From: Rhodospirillaceae bacterium
Lineage (GTDB): Bacteria; Pseudomonadota; Alphaproteobacteria; UBA7985
Reading direction: 5' to 3'
Assembly (NCBI GenBank): GCA_038141425.1
Contig: JAYQIC010000001.1
Coordinates: 348,940-412,939, forward strand
DNA length: 64,000 bases
Positions 47,403 through 57,543 of the stretch are shown here, piece after piece. Position 1 is the first letter of the stretch, and each line of letters begins with the position of its first letter. The notes beneath the pieces were generated by a model that was not told where the DNA came from, made no database searches, and saw only the letters and a list, made by a program, of their open reading frames with translations. The position numbers were made by a program, and so were the translations under genes.

Positions 47403-48102
47403 TTCCTCTCAAGATCCTCAGCGGGTACGGCAGCAGCAACCAGCCGCGCCGCCAGATTGACCGCGAAGGCGAGCACCAGCAGCACCATGCCGAAGGCCAA
47501 GGCCTGCGCCAGCTTGCCCTGCTCGACCTCCAGCTTGATCACGGTGGTCAGCACGCGGGTGGCGAATTCCAAATTGCCGCCAACGATGATGGCCGCGCCA
47601 ACTTCCGATATGGCCCGGCCGAAGACCGTCAGCCCAACCACGATCAGCGGCCCCGGCGCCATCCGCACCAGTGCCCGCAGGCGGGTGGCAAAGTTCGCAC
47701 CATCGAGTTGATACAGGTCGCCGAAGCGGCGCCACAGGTCGCTGACCCGTGAGGTGACCAGCGCCAGCGCCAGCGGCAGTACCAGAATGAACTGAGCAAT
47801 CAGAATAGCCCACGAGGTGAACAGCAACCGCAGCTCGCCCAGGAGCCCCTGACGCGAGAGCAGCAGATAGACCAGCAGACCGACAACCACGGCCGGAATG
47901 GCCTGAAAGCTGCTGATAACCGTGTTGATCATCCAGCGCCCCGGAACGACCGGGTGCCCAGCACCACCCCCAGCGGGATCGCTGCCGCCATGGCCAGCAC
48001 CGCAGCGAGCGTGGAAACCCAGAGTGAGCGGAAAATCACATCCCACAGCGCCGGGTCACCGGTCGCCAGCAGCCCAAGCGCATCCCCGAAGGCGGCGATC
48101 AT
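47399..48102 (-). CDS. tupB: TupB-type ABC transporter permease, one frameshift as sequenced
   Basis: ATG 48102 ([49 protein letters not shown]) shifts at CCCC 47939-47942 into ORF 47399..48046. That ORF carries the ABC permease EAA-like loop ...GANFATRLRALVRMAPGP. ATGA overlaps occur at both ends of the gene. Confidence 0.7.
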
Positions 48103-49175
48103 GACAGGGCCTTCAGCACGTCGGTCAGGGCAGCAACATCATCCGACGTGGTGTTCCACCCGGTCGAAAAGCGCAGCGCCGATTGCGCCTGCTCACGCGC
48201 GTAGCCCATCGCGCTGAGCACGTGGCTGGCCGTGACCTTGCCCGAGGAGCAAGCCGAGCCGGAGGACAGCGCCACGCCCTTGAGGTCGAATTTCATCACC
48301 ATCCGTTCGGCGGTTGCATCGGGCCATATCGCGCAGGTGATGGTCGATACCCGGCGGGTTGTATCGGCGACGATTTCCACTCCGGGCACAGCCTCGCGCA
48401 GCGCCTGCTCCAGCTGGCGTTGCAGCGCGCTGTGGTCGATAGGGCTGGCCAGCGCCAACTCGGCGGCGAGCCCCAGCCCGGCGATCCCGGCAACATTCTC
48501 GGTGCCTGCGCGGCGGCGGCGTTCCTGCCCCCCACCCTGCAGCAGCGGTGCTGGGTCCATGCCCGGGCGCAGCACCAGCGCGCCAACGCCCTGCGGCCCG
48601 CCGAATTTGTGTCCGCTGAGGCTCAGATAATCCACGCCCAGCGGCCCCATGGCCAGCGGCAGCTTTCCCGCGGCCTGCACGGCGTCGGTGTGCACGCTCC
48701 AGCCTGCGGCCTTGGCCATCCGCGCGACCTCGGGCACGGGCTGCTCGGCCCCGGTCTCGTTGTTGACGAGCATGAGCGAAATCAGCCCAGGCTCTCCGGT
48801 GTTCAGCCGTTTTTCGAGTGCCGCCATATCCGGCAGCCCTTCGGCAGTCACGGCAAAGGTCTCCAACCCGGGGACGCCATTGAGCACGGAATCGTGCTCG
48901 ATGGCTGAAACCAGCACCGGTTGGTGAGCATGGGCGCGGAGAACCTGATTATTCGCCTCGGTGCCGCCGCTGGTGAAGATCACTTCCTGCGGGCGGGAAC
49001 CGATCAGCCCGGCAACCCGCTCGCGGGCCTTCTCCACCACAGCACGCGCGCTGCGGCCGTGACCGTGCACGGAGGAGGCATTGCCAACCCCGGCCATGGT
49101 CTCGGTCATCAGGGCGATAACGTCAGGACGGATCGCCGAGGTGGCCGCGTGGTCGAAATAGAGCGACAGGGTCAG
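48099..49175 (-). CDS. Cysteine desulfurase (NifS/IscS-like class V aminotransferase); start codon unresolved
   Basis: PLP-lysine motif [12 protein letters not shown] and catalytic Cys SSGSACSSG. The conserved N-terminal [11 protein letters not shown] is in frame upstream of the first ATG (49109) and reaches 49175 with no ATG, GTG or TTG. Confidence 0.8.
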   Translation of the reverse strand: MTLSLYFDHAATSAIRPDVIALMTETMAGVGNASSVHGHGRSARAVVEKARERVAGLIGSRPQEVIFTSGGTEANNQVLRAHAHQPVLVSAIEHDSVLNGVPGLETFAVTAEGLPDMAALEKRLNTGEPGLISLMLVNNETGAEQPVPEVARMAKAAGWSVHTDAVQAAGKLPLAMGPLGVDYLSLSGHKFGGPQGVGALVLRPGMDPAPLLQGGGQERRRRAGTENVAGIAGLGLAAELALASPIDHSALQRQLEQALREAVPGVEIVADTTRRVSTITCAIWPDATAERMVMKFDLKGVALSSGSACSSGKVTASHVLSAMGYAREQAQSALRFSTGWNTTSDDVAALTDVLKALS

Positions 49176-49933
49176 TCACCGGCGCGCTTAGCGGGCCTTG
49201 GCGCCGGGTCACTCCCCGCAGGCACGGGCGCCGGCGCACTTTCTTCGGTCGACTGCAGGCTGAACTCGATGGCGTTCAACCGCGCCTTCAGCATGGCGAT
49301 CTGGTCACGCAACGCCTCGTTGTCGGCCTTGACCGGGTCGGAGACATCGAGCGGGGTACCGTAGGCCACAAAGCGGTCGATCGCCCCTTGCTCGGCGCGG
49401 CTGAGCTGCACTGGCTTGGCGGGGATGCCGACCATGGTGGTGCGCGGCTCAACATCGCGGGTGACGACAGCGTTGGCGCCGACGCGGGCGCACTCACCCA
49501 CGATGACAGGCCCGAGGATCTGCGCCCCGGAACCGACAATCACACGGTCCTTTAGCGTCGGATGGCGCTTGACGTTGCGCTGCTCGTCTGAGTCGATCGA
49601 CGGCGAGACACCGCCCAGCGTCACCCCGTGGTAAAGCGTGACGTCATCGCCGATTTCGGCCATCTCACCGATGACGACACCCATGCCGTGGTCGATGAAA
49701 AAGCGTTCGCCGATGGTCGCCCCCGGGTGGATTTCGATACCCGTGCCCCAGCGCGCCATCTGCATGATCCAGCGCGCGAGCACGCGCAGGCGCCGCTTCC
49801 ACAGCCAGTGCGCCACGCGGTGGTAGCGCATGACCCAGAACGAGGGATAGGCAACCACGACTTCGAGCCAACCCCTCACGGCGGGATCGCGCTCGACAAT
49901 GCCCTGAATTTCCTCGCGGATAGACTTGAACAT
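49172..49933 (-). CDS. cysE: Serine O-acetyltransferase
   Basis: Intact 253-aa ORF with hexapeptide-repeat core [26 protein letters not shown], plus a C-terminal coiled-coil-like and Pro/Ala-rich tail. Confidence 0.9.
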   Translation of the reverse strand: MFKSIREEIQGIVERDPAVRGWLEVVVAYPSFWVMRYHRVAHWLWKRRLRVLARWIMQMARWGTGIEIHPGATIGERFFIDHGMGVVIGEMAEIGDDVTLYHGVTLGGVSPSIDSDEQRNVKRHPTLKDRVIVGSGAQILGPVIVGECARVGANAVVTRDVEPRTTMVGIPAKPVQLSRAEQGAIDRFVAYGTPLDVSDPVKADNEALRDQIAMLKARLNAIEFSLQSTEESAPAPVPAGSDPAPRPAKRAGD

Positions 49934-50170
49934 GCTGGTCGCCTTTAGTTTGTCCTTAGGCTCTATTTAAGCTTGGGGCTGTGCTGCTCCAACCCTCATG
50001 TGGTTGGGATCAGCCCTTTGTGAAATATGGGTCAGAGCTTGTGTATTTCGTTAAATGCAGACCGCAGGCTATCACGAAACCATCGATTAGACTAAACTTC
50101 CGGCCAAGATACGGGTGCACTGGCCCGCGAGAGGCCCTGCGCCGACCCAAACCCCGAGCTGCTGCGCAAC

Positions 50171-50421
50171 CATGACACAGACGACCCGCTGGATAGACAA
50201 GGAAGGCAAGCCGCTGTCCTGCAAGGACAAGCTGGCGACGCTGGACGATAACCTTGAGGAGCTGCTCGAGGTCGCGCTCGACGCGCTCGAAGACGCCGCC
50301 GTCATGGGTGCGGACGTGGACGCGACCCGGCGGGCCTTTGTCAGCGGAATCAAGGCGCTGCAGCCCCGCTTTGCCGCCGCTGCCTCGGGTGCCGCTGACC
50401 CCGGTGGAGACCGAGAGCTGA
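50171..50421 (+). CDS. Hypothetical small acidic protein (end inferred through one frameshift)
   Basis: ATG 50171 (MTQTTRWIDKEGKPLSCKDKLATLDDNLEELLEVALDALEDAAVMG...). As sequenced it runs into the next gene. Removing one T at TTT 50370-50372 gives ...QPRLPPLPRVPLTPVETES* ending in a TGATG overlap with the next start. Confidence 0.3.
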
Positions 50422-51030
50422 TGCGCTTACGAACCTTGGCCCGCTGGCTGGTCTCGGCGTTGATGACGCTCGTGGTGGGCGCGGCTGCGCTGGCGCAGGA
50501 TGCTGAGCCAACCGCTGATCCGGGCACCGCAGACGGGGAAGCCACCGAAATCAACCCTGAAGACGCGCTGGGGACCTCGCACGCACCCCTGCCGGTGAGG
50601 GCGAGCCGCTCTTCGGCTCCTTCATCGGGGTCGTGCGGGTGCTGGGGCGCAATCGATTGGAGCGCAGGCCGCGAACGTTGAAGGTGATTTTGATGCTGGC
50701 GCTCTGACCGGGATTCAGGCGGATGATCCCGACGCCTACGCGATCGCTGAACTGCGGCTGCTCGACAAGATCACAGCCCGGATGTCGACGCAGGATGTGG
50801 CAATCGACGAGACCATCTCGCTGGGCAGTCTGCAGATCACGCCGCGCAAATGCCTGAAGAACCCGCCAACGGAAACCCCGGAAAGCGCGGCTTTCCTGTC
50901 GATCTACGAAGTACCGGCGGAAAAGGAACCTGAGCCCGTGTTCCAGGGCTGGATGTTTGCCTCGTCGCCCGCGCTCAACGCCATGGAACACCCGGTGTTC
51001 GACGTCTGGCTTCTCGACTGCAAGAACTGA
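50421..51030 (+). CDS. DUF2155-domain periplasmic protein, probably two frameshifts in the low-complexity N-terminal part
   Basis: Signal peptide MRLRTLARWLVSALMTLVVGAAALAQD (ATG 50421). The conserved C-terminal part reads in frame 1 from about 50650 (AELRLLDKITARMSTQDVAIDETISLGSLQITPRKCLKNPP...AAFLSIYEV...FQGWMFASSPALNAMEHPVFDVWLLDC). Confidence 0.55.
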
Positions 51031-51686
51031 GACCGCTCGCGTTCGGTCAGGGTCTCGGGGAAGGCTGCGGTCACGGCCGTCGCCTTGTCCAGCAGCTTGC
51101 GGAAGGCAACCCGGTGCAGAGAAATGGCACCGAACTGCTCCAGATGGCGGTTCATGAACTGACAGTCGAGCAGCCGGAATCCACCAATTTTCAGCCGCGC
51201 AACCAGCTCGACCAGCGCAATTTTTGAGGCATCGCGCTCAAGGCTGAACATGGACTCGCCGAAAAAGGCACCCTCGACCGCGACACCATACAACCCGCCG
51301 ACGAGGCGATCGCCCTGCCAGCACTCAACCGTGTGCAGATGGCCCATATCGAAGAGGTTGAGGTACATTTCGACGATGGGTTCGCTGATCCACGTGTCCT
51401 CACGGCCGAGCTTATCGGCGGCACAGAGGCGGATCCCCTCTTCGACGGCCGTGTTGCAGCGCACCTCGTAAGGGCCCTTGGCCACCGTCCGCTTGAGCCG
51501 GCGCGGGATGTGGAAATCATCGAGCGGCAGGATCCCGCGCTCGATCGGATCGACCCAATGCACGTTGCTGTCGTCGCGGTCGTCTGACATCGGGAACAGA
51601 CCGATGGTGTAGGCTTGGATCGCCAGCTCCGGGTGGATGACCGGTGCACCGAAGACGTCTTCAGGCAATTGATCTGCAGCTAACAT
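50904..51686 (-). CDS. aat: Leucyl/phenylalanyl-tRNA--protein transferase (3' end overlaps the DUF2155 gene; true stop uncertain)
   Basis: ATG 51686 (MLAADQ...AYTIGLFPMSDDRDD..VHWVDP..RGILPLDDFHIPRRLKR...GGLYGVAVEGAFFGESMFS...). The open frame runs about 45 codons past the usual ...LQSRSQTS end. Confidence 0.85.
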   Translation of the reverse strand: MLAADQLPEDVFGAPVIHPELAIQAYTIGLFPMSDDRDDSNVHWVDPIERGILPLDDFHIPRRLKRTVAKGPYEVRCNTAVEEGIRLCAADKLGREDTWISEPIVEMYLNLFDMGHLHTVECWQGDRLVGGLYGVAVEGAFFGESMFSLERDASKIALVELVARLKIGGFRLLDCQFMNRHLEQFGAISLHRVAFRKLLDKATAVTAAFPETLTERERSQFLQSRSQTSNTGCSMALSAGDEANIQPWNTGSGSFSAGTS

Positions 51687-51799
51687 GTTTTCCCCAACTT
51701 CGTTCTTTTCGTGCCCTCTAAGCGGGACACTTTTTGTTTGCTTAAGGCGCTCTGCAGACAGGCCCACTTGTGTTCCGGGGCCTGCTTTATCGCGCCAAC

Positions 51800-53170
51800 C
51801 TATTTTCCAGCACCGGCTGCTGCTTCACGCTCTTCCAGCGCTTGTTCCAGCCAGTGAATGGTGATGTCTCCACTCCGAAACGCCTCCTGGCGCAGAATGA
51901 AGTCATGGAGTTCGAGATTGGTGGTGATCCCGTCGATGTGGGTCTCCATCAGGGCGCGGAGACAGCGCTTGATCGCCGACTCCCGATCTCGGGCCCTTAC
52001 AATGATTTTGCCCGCCAGACTGTCGTAGTGCGGCGGCATGCGGTAACCGGCGAACATGTGACTGTCGACCCGGACACCGACCCCGCCCGGCGGGTGGTAG
52101 GCGGTGACCAGCCCGGGGCTGGGCATGAAGTTGAACGGGTGCTCGGCGTTGACGCGCAGCTCGAAGGCATGGCCGTCGAACTTGACGTCTTCCTGCCGCA
52201 CTGACAGCTTCTCGCCCGCTGCGACCCGGATCTGATGCTCCACGAGGTCGAGGCCGGTGATCATCTCCGTCACCGGGTGCTCAACCTGCAGCCGGGTGTT
52301 CATTTCGATGAAGTAGAACTCGCCGTCCTGATACAGGTATTCGACCGTTCCGACCGAGCGGTATCCGAGGAATTTGACCGCATCGGCGGTGCGCTGCCCG
52401 ATCTCCGCGCGCAGCTTGTCCGACAGCGCAGGCGAAGGGGCTTCCTCGACCACTTTCTGGTGGCGGCGCTGCACCGAGCAGTCGCGCTCACCGAGGTGGA
52501 TGACGTTGCCGTGGGCGTCGGCGAGGATCTGGATTTCGATGTGGCGCGGGTTATCGAGGTACTTCTCGATGTAAACCACGGGGTCGCCAAAAGCGGCCTT
52601 GGCCTCCCGGGACGCGGTGGACAGCGCGCTTTCCAGCTCCTCATCCGAGCGCGCGACCTTCATCCCGCGGCCGCCGCCTCCCGAAGCTGCTTTGATCAGC
52701 ACCGGATAACCAATGTCGCGGGCCAGTTTGCGCGCTTCGTCAACGTCGGAGATGGCACCATCGGAACCGGGAACCACCGGCAGCCCGGCTTCGATCGCTG
52801 CCTGCTTGGCCGCGATCTTGTCCCCCATCAGCCCGAGGTGCCTGGGGCTGGGCCCGACGAAGATCAGGTCGTGGGCTTCGACCATCTCCGCGAATTCCTG
52901 ATTTTCGGCCAGAAAGCCGACACCGGGGTGGATGGCATCAGCACCGGTGAGTTCGGCGACCGACATGATGGCACGCTTATCGAGGTAGGAATCCTTCGAT
53001 GGTGGCGGGCCGATGCAAACCGCCTCGTCCGCCAGACGGGCGTGCATGGAATCCGCGTCAGCAGTCGAATGCACCGCGACGGTCGCAATCCCCATCTCGC
53101 GCGCAGCCCGGATCAGGCGCAGCGCGATCTCACCCCGGTTTGCGATGACGATTTTGTTGATCTTTACCAT
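51800..53170 (-). CDS. accC: Acetyl-CoA carboxylase biotin carboxylase subunit
   Basis: Intact 456-aa ORF with the ATP-grasp biotin carboxylase sequence throughout. Confidence 0.95.
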   Translation of the reverse strand: MVKINKIVIANRGEIALRLIRAAREMGIATVAVHSTADADSMHARLADEAVCIGPPPSKDSYLDKRAIMSVAELTGADAIHPGVGFLAENQEFAEMVEAHDLIFVGPSPRHLGLMGDKIAAKQAAIEAGLPVVPGSDGAISDVDEARKLARDIGYPVLIKAASGGGGRGMKVARSDEELESALSTASREAKAAFGDPVVYIEKYLDNPRHIEIQILADAHGNVIHLGERDCSVQRRHQKVVEEAPSPALSDKLRAEIGQRTADAVKFLGYRSVGTVEYLYQDGEFYFIEMNTRLQVEHPVTEMITGLDLVEHQIRVAAGEKLSVRQEDVKFDGHAFELRVNAEHPFNFMPSPGLVTAYHPPGGVGVRVDSHMFAGYRMPPHYDSLAGKIIVRARDRESAIKRCLRALMETHIDGITTNLELHDFILRQEAFRSGDITIHWLEQALEEREAAAGAGK

Positions 53171-53184
53171 CAGTCGGAGACCAC

Positions 53185-53703
53185 CTACGCCAATTCGATA
53201 AGGGGTTGGCCGAATTCAACCGGCTCACCATCGGCAACGAGAACGCGGCGGACGATGCCCGACTGGGTGCTGGGCAGGTGGTTCATGACCTTCATCGCCT
53301 CGATGATCATCAGGGTGTCCCCTTCCTTGATCTCATCGCCGACATTCACGAAGTTGCCAGCGCCCGGTTCGGGGGCGAGGTAGACGGTACCAACCATGGG
53401 CGAATCAATGGTCTTCACGCTGCTGGCGGGCTCGGCCGCCGGCGTAGCGGCAGGCGCTGGCGCCGGGGCTGCAGCAGGCATAGGCGCGGCGGTTGGCGCC
53501 GCCATGGGTGCCATCATCGGCGCGGCAGCTGGCGCTGCGGCGACGACCGGTGCTTGGGTCGCACGGGAAAGGCGCAGGCTGCGCTCACCGTCGACGTATT
53601 CGATTTCACTCAGTCCGGCGTTGCCCATGGTCTCGGCCAGCTTCTTCAGCAGATTGGCGGAAACATCGAAGTTGGCGTTGGGCTTTTCGGTCTTGCTCGG
53701 CAT
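53185..53703 (-). CDS. accB: Acetyl-CoA carboxylase biotin carboxyl carrier protein
   Basis: Intact 172-aa ORF with an Ala/Pro linker and the biotinylation motif EAMKVMN. Confidence 0.9.
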   Translation of the reverse strand: MPSKTEKPNANFDVSANLLKKLAETMGNAGLSEIEYVDGERSLRLSRATQAPVVAAAPAAAPMMAPMAAPTAAPMPAAAPAPAPAATPAAEPASSVKTIDSPMVGTVYLAPEPGAGNFVNVGDEIKEGDTLMIIEAMKVMNHLPSTQSGIVRRVLVADGEPVEFGQPLIELA

Positions 53704-53736
53704 TGTGGGACTTTCTCAATTCTTTCGTGGCGCGGT

Positions 53737-54186
53737 CTAATCTTGGTTCGAACGGGACAGGTGGTAGTTCAGAGCCTGCAGGCCCAGCACGTATCCGTGA
53801 CTGCCCAGCCCGACAATGACCCCCAAGGCCGCCTTTGAAATGAAGGAAGTGTGGCGAAATTCTTCACGCTGATAGACGTTGGTCAGATGGATCTCAATCG
53901 TCGGCAAGTCCACTGACCTCAGCGCATCCAGCAGCGCCACGGACGTATGCGTGTAGGCACCGGCATTGATCACGATTCCAGAGGCCTCATCGCGGGCCGC
54001 CTGAATACGATCAATCATCGCGCCTTCGCTGTTAGACTGGAAGCAATCGACTTCGAGGCCGAGCGATTTGCCCGCCTCGACACAGAGGGTCTCAATATCC
54101 GCCAGCGTCTCCGTTCCGTAGAGTTGCGGCTCTCTCAAACCCAGCATGTTTAGGTTAGGACCATTGATAACCAGTATCTGTGTCAC
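53737..54186 (-). CDS. aroQ: Type II 3-dehydroquinate dehydratase
   Basis: Motifs ILVINGPNLNMLG and IEIHLTNV..RE.FR. The likely start is GTG 54186 (VTQILVING); the ORF track extends to 54210. Confidence 0.9.
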   Translation of the reverse strand: MTQILVINGPNLNMLGLREPQLYGTETLADIETLCVEAGKSLGLEVDCFQSNSEGAMIDRIQAARDEASGIVINAGAYTHTSVALLDALRSVDLPTIEIHLTNVYQREEFRHTSFISKAALGVIVGLGSHGYVLGLQALNYHLSRSNQD

Positions 54187-54536
54187 GTCGCTTCGCACCC
54201 CATAAACCACACGCCTTGGTTGTAATTTGTCTGAGCCCCGCGGGCGGCAGGAACGGCGTTTGGTGGCAGCCCTCGGCCAGACCTCCGTGCCTTCAGGGCA
54301 TCTTCAGATCAGACCGTAGCTAAAGACCTACACCGATTGCGGGGGGCGTCGCTGGGTATTGATGTGACAAATGTGGATAGAGACGGCCTGAGGCCATCAA
54401 ATTTGGGACAGAAAATCAGGTCGCATAATTGTCCGCGAAAAACCCTTGTTTCACAAAACCGCAATATTTCGCGACGTCTAAATTGCGGCCACGATGTGGC
54501 ACCATGCGCGAAAAGACTTGGCCTTCTCTGTAGAAA

Positions 54537-55305
54537 TCAGGAGCCTTGACGGAGTCGTTCAATGGCCAGTTTCAGGTCTTCCACAGGCACAGCCCCGGGA
54601 AACAGCTCGATTTCGCTCAGAGACCCGTCGACATTATAGCGACCCACGATGAAAGCCGGCGTCCCGCCGATCTCCATCGCCTGCATCGCGCCGTAGTTTT
54701 GGGAAAGCGTTCCCATTATCTCGTAGGTTTCCATCTTCTCGGAAATGGCGTCCTTTTCGATATCCTGCTCACCGGCGTATCCGATCACCGCGTCGCCCGT
54801 CGCACGCCCCGTTCCGCCCATGATGGCGAAGTGCAGTTCCTCGTAATCTGCCCCAAGCGCATAGGCGGCGACAGAAGCCTGTGAGGCCTCCAGCGACTCT
54901 TCGCTCAGGATGGGGGCTTCGACCATGATCACACGCAAGTCCGGATCATCTTCGATCAGACCGCGCAGGGACCCGGCCGCCCGGCGGCAGTAGCCGCAGT
55001 TGTAGTCAAAGAACTCGATCAAGTGCGATCTCGCCTTCTGGGTTGCCCAGCACCGGCGTGTTTGGATCCCGCAGCACCGACGCCAGTGCGGCGTTGGATC
55101 GACGCTCCTGCAGGATGGCTGCTGCCTCTTCAATGATCTCCGGATAGGCCAGGATCGCAGCGAGGGCTTCGGCCCGGATCCGCTGCAACTCGACGTCGGA
55201 AAAATCAGCCGATGCGCCGCTCGTCGCCGACTGTGCCTGCGCGCCAGTCGCGGTCAGCGTAAAGGCAAACAGGGTCATGAGGGCGAGGAAAAACGGGCGA
55301 ACCAT
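54537..55305 (-). CDS. DsbA-family thiol:disulfide oxidoreductase, one frameshift as sequenced
   Basis: Signal peptide from ATG 55305 (MVRPFFLALMTLFAFTLTATGAQA). ORFs 55006..55743 and 54537..55133 join at about 55021-55022 (GEIAL|IEFFDYNCGYC, a thioredoxin CxxC motif). Confidence 0.75.
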
Positions 55306-55450
55306 GGGCTGGGCTCCGGCGAGAGAACGAAGAGGGTTTATGTTCCATCTATGAGACAGGGCGTCCAGTAGCGTTTTTGTGACCGAGTGGATAAGCTGTC
55401 GCAGTTTCCGGCAGTCGCTGGCACTGTCCGACTTAGAAGGATCACCGACC

Positions 55451-56616
55451 ATGGGCCTCAAGATCGCTGACCGAAGCGCCGTGGACGCTTTTCGGGTCAT
55501 GGACGTGATGCGCGCCGCCCAGAGTGCGGGCAGGCAGGCCGCGCCGTCTATCATCTTGAGGTGGGGCAGCCGGGCACGGCGGCCCCCCGCGCCGCCCGCG
55601 ACGCGGTCAAACAGGCGCTCGACAATCACACGCTGGGCTACACCATGGCGCTGGGGACGGACGAGCTTCGGGCCGGCATCTCGGCGCTTTACCAAAAATG
55701 GTATGGCGTGGATGTCCCCGCCGCCCGCATTACCGTGACGCAAGGCGCTTCAGGCGGCTTTGCCCTCGCCTTTCTCACCGCCTTTGACGCGGGGGACCGG
55801 GTTGCTCTTGCGACGCCGGGTTACCCCTGCTACCGCAACATTCTTTCGGCGCTCGACCTGGAAGCCGTCGAGATTCTGACCGGGCCGGATACCCACTATC
55901 AGCCGACCGTGGCGGCGCTGGAAGCGCTCGACGGGCCGATCGACGGCCTGATCCTCGCCTCGCCTTCGAACCCGACCGGCTCCATGCTATCGCCCGAGGA
56001 TTTCGGCGCGATCAACGATTGGTGTCAGAGCAACGGCGTCCGGCTGATTTCAGACGAAATCTATCACGGCCTGACCTACGGCACGCCGGAGACCACGGCC
56101 GCCGCGATCAACGACGACGCCTTCGTCATCAACTCGTTCTCGAAGTACTTTTCGATGACCGGGTGGCGTGTGGGCTGGATGGTGCTCCCGGAGAACATGA
56201 TCCGCAGCCTCGAACGCCTGCAAGGGAACATGACCATCTGCTCCCCTGCTGTCAGCCAGGTGGCCGCGCTGGGCGCGCTCAGCGCCACCGAAGAACTGGA
56301 GGCGCTCAAGGCCGGTTATCGGCGCAACCGAACGGTCCTGCGCGATGCCCTGACCGAGGGCGGGATTTCGGAGATTTCCGCGCCTGATGGCGCTTTCTAT
56401 TTCTACGCCAAAGTTGATCAACTGACCGACGATGCGGTCGAGCTGTGCCGCCGTATACTCGATGAAACCGGGATTGCCATCACGCCGGGCGCTGATTTTG
56501 ACACCCAGCGGGGCCATCACTTCATGCGCCTTAGCTACTGCAACGACGAGGCATCGGTGCAGACCGCCGCCAGCCTGCTTGCGCCCTGGCTCCAGCAACA
56601 GCCACGCTTGCGCTGA
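55451..56616 (+). CDS. Class I/II pyridoxal-phosphate-dependent aminotransferase, one frameshift near the 5' end
   Basis: ATG 55451 (MGLKIADRSAVDAFRVMDVMRAAQSA) shifts at about 55537-55538 into ORF 55561..56616 (VYHLEVGQP...ASPSNPTG...SFSKYFSMTGWRVGW...). Confidence 0.85.
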
Positions 56617-56640
56617 AGCTGGTCGCGCAGCCACGTTCGC

Positions 56641-57464
56641 CTAGGTCAGGCCCTCGTACCAGTCCGCCAGTGGTTCGTAGTAGGCTGGCTGCATGCCGGC
56701 TTCCGAGCGCGCGGGCTTGTTGAAGGGGCGTTTGACCTGCCCCGCAAAGAAGGTCCGCACCAGTTCGTGCCACGTGCTTTCACGATCAAGCCCGCGCTCG
56801 TCCGCAACGTGTTCGAACCAGCGCCGACCGACCGCAACGTGCCCAATTTCGTCCTCGTAGATCACGTCCAGCGCGGCAACGGTCTCAAGATCCCCCAGCG
56901 CCGTGAACTTCTCGATCATCATCGGGGTGACATCCAGCCCCGCGCCTCCAGCACCATCGGCACCACAGCCAGCCGGGCCAGCAGGTCGTCTTTGGTCGCG
57001 ATGGCACTCTCCCACAGGCCGTTGTGGGCGGGCAGATCGCCGTAAGCGCCATCGAGGGCTACCAGCCGGTCGTTGAGCAACAGGAAGTGCTTGGCCTCGT
57101 CGTCGGCGACCCCGATCCACTGCCGGTAGAAGTCGTCGGGCATGGGTTCAGCCCAGTAACGGGCGGCCACGTCCAGCGCCAGATTGACGGCGTTCAGCTC
57201 AATGTGCGCGATGGCGTGGAGCAGCGCCCGACGCCCTTCTGGTGCCGCCGTGATCTTCCGCTTGGGCACGTCCTTGGGCGGCACCAGCGCCGGTCGGTCC
57301 AGCCGCCCCGGCCGGTCGCTCAACCCCCGATCACGCCGGTCCGCGACCGCGGGCACCGGCGCGCCTTCGGCCCGCCAAGCGGCAACCCATGCGCGGGGTT
57401 TTCGACATTTTTCAATGGGTTCAGCGACGGCGAGGCTCGCCCCCGCCTGCTCAAACAAGTCCAT
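56641..57464 (-). CDS. Ferritin-like DUF455-family protein, one frameshift as sequenced
   Basis: ORFs 56919..57494 (ATG 57464; LLHAIAHIELNAVNLALD...DDEAKHF) and 56641..57120 (IYEDEIGHVAVGRRWF) join at CCCC 56939-56942. Confidence 0.6.
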
Positions 57465-57543
57465 CTGTGGTCTCCGGCATCGCACCGACCCCAATCCGCC
57501 CGGGTTCAGGGGTCAGGGGTCGGGGGACAGGCAGAAAAGAGAC

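Noticed and set aside
46410-47711. 433-aa plus-strand ORF. Similar long ORFs occur at 16953..18170 (+), 20117..21274 (+), 39137..40573 (+), 33380..34606 (-), 35828..37132 (-), 36892..38232 (-) and 27206..28372 (-).
   Set aside because: All lie antisense to genes with clear homology (tupAB, the acyl-CoA dehydrogenase, the FadB-like gene, selO, ABC-F, prfC, the coiled-coil protein, pstA). Their products are Arg/Pro/Gly/Ala-rich with no recognisable motifs. These are typical shadow ORFs of a high-GC genome.
53737-53760. GGTTCGAAC, resembling a tRNA T-loop.
   Set aside because: It lies inside the aroQ coding sequence. No acceptor, anticodon or D-arm complementarity surrounds it, and I found no tRNA anywhere in the window.
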